Virus record (IMG/VR): IMGVR_UViG_3300031521_000027
Location: 1 to 64,000 of that record
Length of the DNA stretch: 64,000 nucleotides
Source: a virus
Reading direction: 5' to 3' (one strand)
In this document: positions 35,037 through 44,897 of the stretch, piece after piece
How the letters are laid out: every line of letters starts with the position of its first letter
Position numbering within the stretch: position 1 is the stretch's first letter
Translations under genes and position numbers: made by a program
The notes under the pieces: generated by a model
Seen by the model: only the letters and a program-made list of their open reading frames with translations
Database searches by the model: none
What the model was told of the DNA's origin: nothing

Positions 35037-35615
35037 ATGGGCAACCCGACAGTTGAGGGTTTCAGCATCTCTCACGCCGCCATCCTTGACGGGGCCACCG
35101 GTCTCGAAGAGGAGTTTGGTGACATCTACGGCATCCGGTCTGGCTCCATGGAGCTTGATCAGGACAGCTACGACAACACCGGCGACGACACCATCCTGTC
35201 GACGTGGTACTGGGCCAACAAGGTCAACGTGACGGTGCAGGGCGGCTACATCCCGTTCCAGACCCTGTCGCTGATCTCCGGCTCGGTCGTGGCCAGCTCC
35301 GGCACGGGCGCGAACCAGACCTTCACTCTCCCCCTGTGGGAAGAGAACACGATGAACACCAAGCCGCGACCGATGGTCGTGCGGGTGCCGTCCAAGGACG
35401 CCGACGGTGTCGTGCGCCTGCTGGACTTCGTGCTCTACAAGGTCCAGTTCCAGCCCTTCAGCTTTGACGGCCCGTCGTACAAGGAAGGCCTGCTGCTGAA
35501 CTACAACGGTTCCGCACTGTTCTCCTCGACCGACGAGAAGGGCAACCCGGTCCTCGACAGCCGCACCGGCCAGCCGACCAAGCGCATCGGACACCTGCTG
35601 AGCCGTCCGCTCTGA
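35037..35615 (+). CDS. Major tail (tube) protein
   Basis: Strong RBS, beta-rich 192 aa, directly before chaperone and tape measure genes. Confidence 0.75.
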   Translation: MGNPTVEGFSISHAAILDGATGLEEEFGDIYGIRSGSMELDQDSYDNTGDDTILSTWYWANKVNVTVQGGYIPFQTLSLISGSVVASSGTGANQTFTLPLWEENTMNTKPRPMVVRVPSKDADGVVRLLDFVLYKVQFQPFSFDGPSYKEGLLLNYNGSALFSSTDEKGNPVLDSRTGQPTKRIGHLLSRPL

Positions 35616-35660
35616 CGCTGGAGCTGATTCCAAAAACAACTAAGTAGGAGAGAGAGTCGC

Positions 35661-36194
35661 ATGACGACCGGAAACACTGACATCGACACCTTGGCACCGG
35701 AGGCAACCCCGGTGGCTTTGGTGTCCGGCACCCAGATCAAGGTCGAGCGTCTCAAGACGCGGGCCCTGATGTCCCTGCTGAAGATCCTCACCCGAGGCGC
35801 ATCGGAGGTCTTGCCCACCCTGAGCTTCGACCCGAACACCTCCACCGAGGCGTTCACCGGCCAGCTGCTGGGGGCGGTCATCATCGCCATCCCGGAGGCG
35901 GAGGACGAGGCCGTCGAGTTCATCAACCGGATGGTCTTCCCGGCAGGTCTCCACGACGGGGCCCGCCTGACTGCCATCGAGAAGGCCGAGAACGAGCAGG
36001 CCGAAGCCGAGCTTCGTCTGGAGCTGGTTGACCCGGAGATCGATGACCTCGTCACCATCTTGGAGCAGATCATCAAGGTCGAGGCACCCCACATCGTGGC
36101 ACTGGGAAAACGTCTAGCTCTTCTGCTGAAGGTCCAGCAGACGAGCGCAGTCGCGAAGCAGGGCGCATCCTCGAAGAGAAGCTCGCGGTCCTAG
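35661..36194 (+). CDS. Tail assembly chaperone (gpG-like)
   Basis: Position; in-frame G GGA AAA slippery site at 36104-36110. Confidence 0.8.
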   Translation: MTTGNTDIDTLAPEATPVALVSGTQIKVERLKTRALMSLLKILTRGASEVLPTLSFDPNTSTEAFTGQLLGAVIIAIPEAEDEAVEFINRMVFPAGLHDGARLTAIEKAENEQAEAELRLELVDPEIDDLVTILEQIIKVEAPHIVALGKRLALLLKVQQTSAVAKQGASSKRSSRS

Positions 36195-36664
36195 ACCCCG
36201 ATGGCCTCCTCGGTGGGTTCTCAGCTGCCTTCGACCTCGTGTCGGCGGAGTACGGCTGGGCCGACGAGGTCATCTGGGAGCTTCCCCTCGCACGCTTCCG
36301 GCAGATCACCGCAGCCATCCAGCAGCGGCGCTTCTTCCAGAAACGAGATGAGGATGGCCGCTTCTCATGGCTGGCACGGAACCTCGCGGGGTTCATCGTC
36401 AACGGATACATGGCGGATGCGAAGGACAAGAAGGAGCCTCTGGCTCAGGCAGGGTCCCTCGCGTACGACGACATCGAGGCCGCAATGCTCGGGGCCACTC
36501 CCGACAGGCAGACCTCACCCTCTGTTCCGACAGAGAACGGCAAGGCACCTGACATCGATCCGAACGAGGCCATCGCTCGGGCACTAGCGAAGAACAGCAA
36601 CGGGTCCTTCGAGAGGCTCCGGGGCATGGTAGGGGGCCTCGACCAGCGGGGAAAGATGCTCTAG
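36110..36664 (+). CDS. Tail assembly chaperone -1 frameshift extension (gpGT-like)
   Basis: -1 frame is open from 36110 into track ORF 36239-36664. Confidence 0.75.
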   Translation, partial: TSSSSAEGPADERSREAGRILEEKLAVLDPDGLLGGFSAAFDLVSAEYGWADEVIWELPLARFRQITAAIQQRRFFQKRDEDGRFSWLARNLAGFIVNGYMADAKDKKEPLAQAGSLAYDDIEAAMLGATPDRQTSPSVPTENGKAPDIDPNEAIARALAKNSNGSFERLRGMVGGLDQRGKML

Positions 36665-36682
36665 GCACAAAGGAGGTGGGCA

Positions 36683-39600
36683 ATGGCTGAGAACGAGACT
36701 CGGGTCATCTACAAGGCCATTGCCGACTTCTCCGCTGTTGCCCGGGAGGCACGCAAGGCCAAGGCTGAGATCGCGGCTCTGAAGGCCGAGGAGGCTGGCC
36801 TCAACGCCGCGTCCGTCTCGGGGGCCAAGGCGTCCACAGCGGCCACGCAGGGCCACACCAAGGCCATCAGCAACGACACCAACGCCGTGCACGAGAGTGC
36901 CAACGCGCACCGGGATCACAACACCGTCCTCAAGGAGGGTGGAGCTGCTGCGAGCGCCCTCGGGAATGCCACCTCGAAGGCTGACACCGTCCTCAAGAGC
37001 GCCACCTCCACGATCTCCAAGCACGCTGGTGAGGCGCGGAGGATGGCCACCGAGACCGAGCGCGTCGGGGCGGCGCTGACTCCGGCAGCCTCCAAGATGA
37101 CCAACTTCCAGCGCGGGGTGCAGCGCGCGGTCCCGTGGGTCGAGAAGATCAACAACGGCTTCGACAAGCTCGGCAAGTGGCGACCCAAGCTGACGCCGCC
37201 TTTCATCGCGTTGGTCCCGATCATCGCTGGCCTGCTGTCCCTGATGAACCCTCTGGTGGCAGGCATCGGCGCACTGGGCGGCGCGGGCATCGGGCTGGCC
37301 TCCAGCCTCGGTCAGGTCGCCGGAGCGGCCCTCGCAGCCATCCCGGCACTGTTCTCCCTGCTCTCCATCGTCGGGGCCCTCAAGGTGGCCTTCAGCGGCA
37401 TCGGAGGGGTGTTCTCGGCCTTCAAGGCAGCGAAGAAGGCTGGAGCCTCAGGTGGGGGTGGCGGAGGCGGCGGTGGAAGCTCACAGGCCGAGATCTCGCA
37501 GGCCGAGAAGGTCGCCCGCGCCCGGGAGAACCTGCGCCGCGCCACGGAGAACCTGAAGTGGGCTGAAGAGGATCTCGCCGACGCCCGCAAGGACTACCTC
37601 CAGAGGCTGAAGGATCTGGAGCAGACCGCCAAGGATGCAGCTGCCTCGGAGAAGCGCCTCACCGCCCAGCGGGAGAACGCGGAGAAGAACCTCGCTCGGA
37701 TCTTGGCCGACCCGAACTCGACCAAGGCCGAGAAGATGGCCGCGCAGGCAGCCGTCGAGGACGCCAAGACCGCCGAGCAGAAGGCCAAGGACAACAACGC
37801 GAAACTTCAGGATGACCTGAAGGACATGAAGAAGAAGGGCATGAAGGGTGACCGGGCGGTCATCATGGCCCAGCGTGCCCTGACCGATGCCATCTGGGCT
37901 CAGCGGGACGCACAGATCGCGCTGATCAACGCCAAGAAGGGCGACGCCAAGGCCTCCGGTGGTGGGGCCTCCGCCAACAACGCGCTCGCCGCCGCACTGG
38001 CCAAGCTCTCCCCCTCGGCTCGCAAGTTCGTCGAGGCGATCCTCGCCATGGACAAGGCGTGGACCAAGGTCAAGAGGACCGTGCAGGAGTCCTTCTTCTC
38101 CAAGATCGTCAACGACACCGGCAAGCTGCGCTCGATGCTGCCCACCATCCAGAGCCTGCTGTCTGACACCGCAGGTGCGCTCGGCGACGTCGCCCACGAG
38201 TTCATCGGGATGATCTCCTCCCCGGAGTGGAAGAGCGACCTGATCCTGCTGGGCAAGCAGAACGTCCCTCTGATCCACGCCATCGGTGGCGGGCTGAACG
38301 TCCTGTGGGGCGTCTTCAAGGACCTCACCGTCATCGCGATGCCATTCCTGATCGAACTCGCCAAGGGGTTCAAGAAGGGTGCCGAGAACATCGCGGCCAT
38401 GGTCAAGGAGGCCCGCAAGAGCGGGTCCCTCAGCAAGTGGCTGATGGGTGACAAGGAGACCGGGTCGAAGGGTGTCCTCGGGACGCTGCGCCAGTGGTGG
38501 CAGATCATCAAGAACATCGCCAAGACCCTGTTCAACTTCGCCAAGGCGGCGGAGGCGTTCGGTGGTTGGATCACCGACGGTATCCAGAAGACCACCGAGG
38601 GCTGGCTGGCGTCCTCCGAGGCAGCCACCAAGAAGGGATCTCCTTTCAAGAAATGGCTTGAGGACATCAAGCCCCTCCTGTCCGAGATCTCCCGGATGTT
38701 CGGCACCTTCTTCAAGTGGTTCGGCAAGCAGGCTGCCGACCCGAAGAACATCAAGCAGATGACGGAGATCTTCAAGAAGATCACCGACGATCTTGGTCCC
38801 AAGCTGGCGTCACTGTTCGATGCCCTGAGCAAGGCCAACATTGGCCCCAAGTTCGTGGACTCGCTGATCAAGATCGTCGACCTGATCACCACACTGGTGG
38901 ATGGCCCCGGCACTGCGGTCTTCTTCGACACCCTGAACGGGCTCCTCGACATCCTGCTGACCGTCATCAAGATGCCAGTCATCGGCCCCGTCCTCCAGAT
39001 GCTCATCGGAGCCGCCGCAGCTATCGGAGCCATGTCCTTCGTGGCCAAGTTCACCGGCCTTGAGAACCTCATCGGGTGGCTGATCAAGCTCTACAAGACC
39101 GGTGGCATCCTCAAGTTCTTCGAGTCGCTGAAGACCGTCCTGATGAAGCTCTTCGGCATCACCGGGAAGCGGTACACCGGACTCAGCTTCATCAAGGCGA
39201 TGTTCTATGGGATCGCCGACGGAGCCAAGTTCCTTTTCGGAAAGCTCGGCAAGCTGTTCGGCCTGTTCAAGGGGCTGCCCAAGCTCCTCAGTGGGCTGAA
39301 GGGCTTCAAGTGGCTAGGCAGCCTGCTCGATGGCTTCAAGGTCCTCCTCTCCGGGGGAGGTCTGAAGGGCTTCTCCACCCTGATCAAGGGGTTCGGTAGC
39401 CTCAAGGGGTTCGCGTCGATCCTGAAGGGTGCAGGTGGCCCGCTCGCGGCCATCGCGTCGATTCTGGGCACCATCGTGGGCGACGTCATCTCGAACAACG
39501 CCCCCGAGGGCAAGGACGGATCCGGCCAGCGGCTCGGAGGCAACACCCTCTCCGGGGCAGCCACAGGCGCAGGCATCGGTGGCTCTGTCGGCCTGCTGTT

Positions 39601-41098
39601 CGGTGGCATCGGGGCAGTCCCCGGCGCGATCATCGGTGGGCTCATCGGAGCCCTCGTGGGATTCTTCGGCTCCGCCAAGGAGGACATCGACCAGTTCTTC
39701 ACCGACTTCGTCAAGGGGTGGAACGAGTTCTGGGGCACCACCCTCCCCAAGTGGTGGAACGACCTCACCGGGGGCATCAGCAAGTGGTTCGGCGACTTCG
39801 GCAAGCTGTGGGATGAGTACTGGGGGGTGCAGGTCCCCAAGTTCTGGAACGACCTCACCGGGGGCATCAGCAAGTGGTTCGGCGACTTCGGCAAGCTGTG
39901 GGATGAGTACTGGGGGGTGCAGGTCCCCAAGTTCTGGAACGACCTCGGCGCTGGGGCCACCAAGTGGTTCGACGACCTTGGCACCTCGTGGACCGACTTC
40001 TGGACCAAGACGTTCCCCTACTGGGCGGGGTACGCCTTGGGAGCCACCGTCAAGTGGTTCGAGGGCATCGGCCCGGCATGGACCACCTTCTGGACCGAGA
40101 CCTTCCCGAAGTGGGTCACCAGCGCCACGCTGGCAGTGGGTCAGTGGTTCGCAGGCATCGGAGCGGCGTGGACCACCTTCTGGACGGTCACCTTCCCGCT
40201 GTGGGTCACGCAGGCATCCGCAGCCGTCACCCAGTGGTTCGCAGGTATCGGGGTGGCATGGACCACCTTCTGGACGGTCACCTTCCCCGCGTGGATCTCC
40301 AGCGCGTCGGCTGCCGTCCGCTCGTGGATCTCCAGCATCGGCCCAGCGTGGAACAACTTCTGGGCAGTCACCTTCCCGAAGTGGCTGGCCAACGCCAAGG
40401 CGCAGATCCAGAAGTGGGTCTCCGGCATTGGTCCCATGTGGGACAAGTTCTGGAACGTGACGCTCCCCGGCTTCGGCAGGGATCTGGCCAAGATCGCCAC
40501 CGACTTCGTCGACAGTGTGAGCACCGCGTGGGGCCGTTGGTGGGACGGCGTCAAGAACACCATTGGCAAGTGGTGGACGGACTTCTGGGGCAACGCCGGA
40601 GCAGGGTTCGGTGCAGGGCATGGCGACGGTACCCAGACGCCCCACAACGGCGGAGAGATCCACCGTGCGGGTGGTGGCGGCGTCCCCGGACATGGCAACA
40701 GCGACACCGTGGCAGCACGACTCACTCCCGGTGAGTTCGTCGTCCGCAAGGGCATCGTCGACAGGGTCGGGATCGACAACCTCGTCAAGCTCAACTCGGG
40801 CGTCATGTCCTACGCCCAGCTGCTCGCGGCAGCCGCCAGCTCCTCGCGCAAGCCCAAGGACGGTGGCAGCCAGCTGGTCTTCAACGGTGGCGGTCTCGTG
40901 CCGACCATGGCACCCACCAACTCACCCGGTGGCGGCAGGGGCCCGAGTTTCGGGGGCGGTGGCAACACCACGGTCAACAGCGTGACCTTCGGCGACGTCA
41001 TCATCCAGAACCCGGTGCCTGAGCGTGCGACCAACTCGCTGACGACCAAGACCCAGCAGCTCGCCCATCTCGGACTGAACGCAGGTGACTTCAAGTGA
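36683..41098 (+). CDS. Tape measure protein
   Basis: 1471 aa, Ala/Gly-rich helical, Trp/Phe periodic repeats, C-terminal GGGVPG.GNSDTV.ARLTPGEFVV. Confidence 0.92.
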   Translation: MAENETRVIYKAIADFSAVAREARKAKAEIAALKAEEAGLNAASVSGAKASTAATQGHTKAISNDTNAVHESANAHRDHNTVLKEGGAAASALGNATSKADTVLKSATSTISKHAGEARRMATETERVGAALTPAASKMTNFQRGVQRAVPWVEKINNGFDKLGKWRPKLTPPFIALVPIIAGLLSLMNPLVAGIGALGGAGIGLASSLGQVAGAALAAIPALFSLLSIVGALKVAFSGIGGVFSAFKAAKKAGASGGGGGGGGGSSQAEISQAEKVARARENLRRATENLKWAEEDLADARKDYLQRLKDLEQTAKDAAASEKRLTAQRENAEKNLARILADPNSTKAEKMAAQAAVEDAKTAEQKAKDNNAKLQDDLKDMKKKGMKGDRAVIMAQRALTDAIWAQRDAQIALINAKKGDAKASGGGASANNALAAALAKLSPSARKFVEAILAMDKAWTKVKRTVQESFFSKIVNDTGKLRSMLPTIQSLLSDTAGALGDVAHEFIGMISSPEWKSDLILLGKQNVPLIHAIGGGLNVLWGVFKDLTVIAMPFLIELAKGFKKGAENIAAMVKEARKSGSLSKWLMGDKETGSKGVLGTLRQWWQIIKNIAKTLFNFAKAAEAFGGWITDGIQKTTEGWLASSEAATKKGSPFKKWLEDIKPLLSEISRMFGTFFKWFGKQAADPKNIKQMTEIFKKITDDLGPKLASLFDALSKANIGPKFVDSLIKIVDLITTLVDGPGTAVFFDTLNGLLDILLTVIKMPVIGPVLQMLIGAAAAIGAMSFVAKFTGLENLIGWLIKLYKTGGILKFFESLKTVLMKLFGITGKRYTGLSFIKAMFYGIADGAKFLFGKLGKLFGLFKGLPKLLSGLKGFKWLGSLLDGFKVLLSGGGLKGFSTLIKGFGSLKGFASILKGAGGPLAAIASILGTIVGDVISNNAPEGKDGSGQRLGGNTLSGAATGAGIGGSVGLLFGGIGAVPGAIIGGLIGALVGFFGSAKEDIDQFFTDFVKGWNEFWGTTLPKWWNDLTGGISKWFGDFGKLWDEYWGVQVPKFWNDLTGGISKWFGDFGKLWDEYWGVQVPKFWNDLGAGATKWFDDLGTSWTDFWTKTFPYWAGYALGATVKWFEGIGPAWTTFWTETFPKWVTSATLAVGQWFAGIGAAWTTFWTVTFPLWVTQASAAVTQWFAGIGVAWTTFWTVTFPAWISSASAAVRSWISSIGPAWNNFWAVTFPKWLANAKAQIQKWVSGIGPMWDKFWNVTLPGFGRDLAKIATDFVDSVSTAWGRWWDGVKNTIGKWWTDFWGNAGAGFGAGHGDGTQTPHNGGEIHRAGGGGVPGHGNSDTVAARLTPGEFVVRKGIVDRVGIDNLVKLNSGVMSYAQLLAAAASSSRKPKDGGSQLVFNGGGLVPTMAPTNSPGGGRGPSFGGGGNTTVNSVTFGDVIIQNPVPERATNSLTTKTQQLAHLGLNAGDFK
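39755..39946 (+). repeat. Exact 90-nt tandem repeat in the tape measure gene
   Basis: 39755-39844 is identical to 39845-39934, with a partial third copy. Confidence 0.9.
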
Positions 41099-41934
41099 CC
41101 AACACGACCCCGGTCTACTGGGATGTGGACGGCGTCTCGATCCAGAACTTCGCATGGAACATCCGCACCCTCACAGGCCGCAGCGGCGTCGCCAACTTCC
41201 GGGGCTCCAACGTGAACCTCGCCTACTACCCGGGCACCTTCCACAAGGCCAAGACCATCGATTCCAAGGCCTTGTCGCTGTCCATGTGGGTACAGGGCTC
41301 CACGGCTGACGGCGGGGCTCCTACGGCCCGCAGCACCGAGCTGGAGTTCCAGAAGAACTGGAGGGCCCTGCGCCAGCTCTTCTGGAGGGACGACTCGATG
41401 CCCTTCACGTTGACCAAGCGCTGGATCGATCCGGACACCTTCGAGGTCATGTCCGCCTCCGCACTGGTGGAGAACACCGGGGTCATGGCCCCCACCATGC
41501 AGGGCAACGCGCACGCCACCTTCTCCGTCGACCTGCTCATGCTGGAGGGCCTGTTCTTCGGTGAGGAGCAGACCACCGTGGTCGAGGCGGGGGAGACGGT
41601 CGTGATCGCCAACCCCGGGGACGCGCGCACCCACAAGATCACGATGGACTTCGAGGGTCAGCTGACCAACCCGGTCCTCACCAATGCAACATTCGCCCCC
41701 CAGAACTGGGTCAAGTTGGGGTCTTCGGTCGCTATTGCCGATACAGTGACCTTGGACGTGGACAAGATGTCTGCAAGACGCGATTCCGACGGGGCGAACC
41801 TGATTGGAGCGGTCACGCGTTCGGGTATGCGGCAATGGTTCGGACTCGCCTCCGGAAGCAACATTGTGACACTGACCCGGGATGCTGGCTCCGGTCAGGC
41901 AATCATCAAGTGGCGTCCCGCGTACTTCGACTAG
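41095..41934 (+). CDS. Distal tail (Dit-like) protein
   Basis: Follows TMP; NPGD, W..L..G.N.V, terminal WRPAY. Confidence 0.7.
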   Translation: MTNTTPVYWDVDGVSIQNFAWNIRTLTGRSGVANFRGSNVNLAYYPGTFHKAKTIDSKALSLSMWVQGSTADGGAPTARSTELEFQKNWRALRQLFWRDDSMPFTLTKRWIDPDTFEVMSASALVENTGVMAPTMQGNAHATFSVDLLMLEGLFFGEEQTTVVEAGETVVIANPGDARTHKITMDFEGQLTNPVLTNATFAPQNWVKLGSSVAIADTVTLDVDKMSARRDSDGANLIGAVTRSGMRQWFGLASGSNIVTLTRDAGSGQAIIKWRPAYFD

Positions 41935-41944
41935 GAGATCCGAC

Positions 41945-42796
41945 ATGGCAGGCAACTACGCCGACGTGCCCTCGTGGCGCATGGCATACGACCGCGACGG
42001 CACGCAGGGCTTCAAGATGAACTCCGGCGTTCTGACGCAGCTGACCAACGCCAATCTCATCACGATCAACAACGAAGCTGACGACTACATCAACATCGGC
42101 ATCAGCCAGAATCAGGCTGGGTACCTGATCCTCCTGTTTCCTGAAAAGAGAGACCTCGACGGATACTGGATCACGGGCAGTGACAGGGACAACTTCAGCG
42201 CGCAGGTGCAGACCTCGACGAACACCACGAACGGGTCCGATGGCACGTGGACGAACCTCGGCGGCACCTACAGCGTGGTCGAGGCGGTTGTACCGAACTA
42301 CCGGCTCCACGCTCAGTCGGCCACAGCCCTCGGGATCCGGGGCGTCCGGATCTCCGCAGGAGCTGGGCTGGGCACTGGGTTCAACCCCGCAGCTGTCCAC
42401 CTCTACGGTGAGATTTCCGCAGGCCAGAGCATCGACCGGCTCGCGCTGTGGCACCCCACCCTTGATGAGCGCATCACCCCGGCGTACTTCGACTGGGGCA
42501 ACGTCCCCCGTAACACCTCTGCCTCCCGCACCTTCCGGGTGAAGAACCTCGCCGCAGCGAAGACGGCGAACACCGTCCGGGTGGCCATGGAGTCCTTGAC
42601 CGATGGATCCCCCTCGGTACCGGCACAGCACACCTTGTCCATCGGCGGCGGGTCCTACCTGCCACAGCAGACCATCGCCACGCTGGCCCCCGGAGCCCTC
42701 TCCGACGTCCTCACCCTCCGCAGGATCACCCCCGCCAACGCACAGCTGAGTCTCAGCGCCTTCCGGGTGTTCGCCGAAGCAGCGACGTGGAGCTGA
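41945..42796 (+). CDS. Minor tail protein, paralog 1 of 3
   Basis: MAGNY..SWRM..D.DGTQ, FPEKRDLD, FDWG.VPR shared with the next two genes. Confidence 0.75.
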   Translation: MAGNYADVPSWRMAYDRDGTQGFKMNSGVLTQLTNANLITINNEADDYINIGISQNQAGYLILLFPEKRDLDGYWITGSDRDNFSAQVQTSTNTTNGSDGTWTNLGGTYSVVEAVVPNYRLHAQSATALGIRGVRISAGAGLGTGFNPAAVHLYGEISAGQSIDRLALWHPTLDERITPAYFDWGNVPRNTSASRTFRVKNLAAAKTANTVRVAMESLTDGSPSVPAQHTLSIGGGSYLPQQTIATLAPGALSDVLTLRRITPANAQLSLSAFRVFAEAATWS

Positions 42797-42802
42797 TGAG
42801 CC

Positions 42803-43657
42803 ATGGCAGGTAACTACCCGAACGCGCCGTCATGGCGCATGGGATACGACACGGACGGCACTCAGGGCTACCGCGTCGTGCGCGGGGTGGTCACACCCCT
42901 CAGCGGGACCGACTTGGTGAACCTGAACAACGAGGCCACCGGGGATGCCGTCTTGACTGCCTTCGGCATGTTCGATTACGGGGAGGTCGTCCTCATCTTC
43001 CCGGAGAAGCGGGATCTCGACGCCTTCTTCGGTAAGGGCAGGACGGGAGGTCTCGGAGGAGGCACCGCCACGGTCACAACCTCAGTCGACTCCACCAATG
43101 GGGTGGATGGGACATGGACCACCGCAGGCACCTTCGCCATCGGAACGTTCAGCGACGGCAACGCCAAGGTGGCTCCGGACTACCGCGAAGCTGTCAGCAC
43201 CACCAAGCTGGGCATTCAAGCAGTGAAGTTCGCCGGAGCCTCCGCCCTGATGGCCATCCACATCTACGGAGAGATCACCGCAGGTCAGACGCTGGACCGC
43301 CTCCTCGTGTGGCACCCCACCCTCGACGAGCGGGTCTCTCCCTCGTGGTTCGACTGGGGTGATGTGCCCCGCAACTCTTCGGACACCCGGCAGTTCCGGA
43401 TCAAGAACATGTCCCCCACCAAGACGGCGACCAACGTCCGGGTGGCCATGGAGGTGCTGACCAACCAGAGCCCGTCGGTACCGGGCCAGCACGCCCTGTC
43501 CCTCAACGGAGGGTCCTACACGGCGCAGCAGACGATCTCCACGCTGGCCCCCGGCGCAGTCTCTGGCATCCTCACCCTCCGGAGGCTCACCCCCGCCAAT
43601 GCCCAGCTGGGTGCCGGATCCTTCCGGGTGTTCTCGGAGGCCCAGTCATGGGCCTGA
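42803..43657 (+). CDS. Minor tail protein, paralog 2 of 3
   Basis: Same conserved blocks. Confidence 0.75.
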   Translation: MAGNYPNAPSWRMGYDTDGTQGYRVVRGVVTPLSGTDLVNLNNEATGDAVLTAFGMFDYGEVVLIFPEKRDLDAFFGKGRTGGLGGGTATVTTSVDSTNGVDGTWTTAGTFAIGTFSDGNAKVAPDYREAVSTTKLGIQAVKFAGASALMAIHIYGEITAGQTLDRLLVWHPTLDERVSPSWFDWGDVPRNSSDTRQFRIKNMSPTKTATNVRVAMEVLTNQSPSVPGQHALSLNGGSYTAQQTISTLAPGAVSGILTLRRLTPANAQLGAGSFRVFSEAQSWA

Positions 43658-43669
43658 CAGGAGACGGCT

Positions 43670-44473
43670 ATGGCCGGTAACTACCCCGATGCCACCTCGT
43701 GGCGGATGGCCATCGACAAGGACGGCACACAGGTCTACCGGTTGTCCGGCGACACCCTCTCGCAGCTGTCCGCAGCCGATCTGGTGAACCTGAACAACGA
43801 GACCGTGCAGACGGCTGTGTCCGGAGGCGACGAGCTGATCGTCATCTTCCCGCAGAAGCGTGACCTCGACGGCTACTTCCTGCGGTCCTCAGGAGGCGTG
43901 ATCGGGGTGAAGACCTCGGTCGACTCCACCAATGGGGTGGACGGCACGTGGGTCACTGGAGTGTCCACCGCTGGCGGCGGCTCCACCATCAGCCCGGACT
44001 ACCGCGCATACTCCAGCACCACCAAGCTGGGCATCAAGGCTGTGAAGTTCACAGCTCCCGGGAGCCTCACCGCACTTCACCTGTACGGAGAGAACACGGT
44101 GGGTCAGAGCCTTGACCAGTTGATCCTGTGGAGCGCCTTCGGAGACGAGCGGGTCTCCCCCTCCAACTTCGACTGGGGCAACGTCCCGAGGTCCTCGACC
44201 GATGACCGCTACTTCCGGGTGAAGAACACCTCCACCCTGCTGACGGCGCGCAACGTCGTGGTGGCCATGGAGTCCCCGACAGACTCCACTCCGTCGGCCC
44301 AGCTGGAGCACATCATCGCGAAGGACACCCTGTTCCTTGCCCAGCAGACCATCGGAGCCATCGGACCCGGAGCCATCTCCGGGGTCCTCACCCTCCGGAG
44401 GATCACCCCATCCAACGCACAGCTGGGACTGCACACGTTCCGCCTGTATGCCGAAGCAGAGTCTTGGAGCTGA
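43670..44473 (+). CDS. Minor tail protein, paralog 3 of 3
   Basis: Same conserved blocks. Confidence 0.75.
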   Translation: MAGNYPDATSWRMAIDKDGTQVYRLSGDTLSQLSAADLVNLNNETVQTAVSGGDELIVIFPQKRDLDGYFLRSSGGVIGVKTSVDSTNGVDGTWVTGVSTAGGGSTISPDYRAYSSTTKLGIKAVKFTAPGSLTALHLYGENTVGQSLDQLILWSAFGDERVSPSNFDWGNVPRSSTDDRYFRVKNTSTLLTARNVVVAMESPTDSTPSAQLEHIIAKDTLFLAQQTIGAIGPGAISGVLTLRRITPSNAQLGLHTFRLYAEAESWS

Positions 44474-44476
44474 CCG

Positions 44477-44887
44477 ATGTCCACTGTGAACGCCCGCAAC
44501 ATCTCGCTCCGCTCCCACTTCGGGGCAGACAAGAGCGCCGTCGCCCTGCCCACCCTGTACTTCGCCCTCTTCAACGGCGACCCCGAAGGAGCCGGTGTCG
44601 AGCCGACCTCCACAGGTGGGTACGCCCGCAAGGCCGTGACCAACGACATCGCCCTCTGGGGCACCATCGGTGGGTCGGCGGTCTCGGTGACCAACGCCAC
44701 CGACATCGTCTTCGCCACGGCCACAGGGGTCTACTCGCAGGCCAGCCTGACCCACTGGGCAGCCTTCGACAACTCAGCAGGAGGAGTCCTGACATATGCA
44801 GGACCCCTGACCGCCACCGTCGCCGTGAGCGGTGCAGGGGATGTCCCCCGCATCGTCGCCGGGGGCCTGACCATCACCCAGCAGTAG
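44477..44887 (+). CDS. Minor tail protein
   Basis: LYFALF..DP...G.E...GGYAR, I.F..AT, THW..FD...GG. Confidence 0.75.
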   Translation: MSTVNARNISLRSHFGADKSAVALPTLYFALFNGDPEGAGVEPTSTGGYARKAVTNDIALWGTIGGSAVSVTNATDIVFATATGVYSQASLTHWAAFDNSAGGVLTYAGPLTATVAVSGAGDVPRIVAGGLTITQQ

Positions 44888-44897
44888 GAGTCGGACC

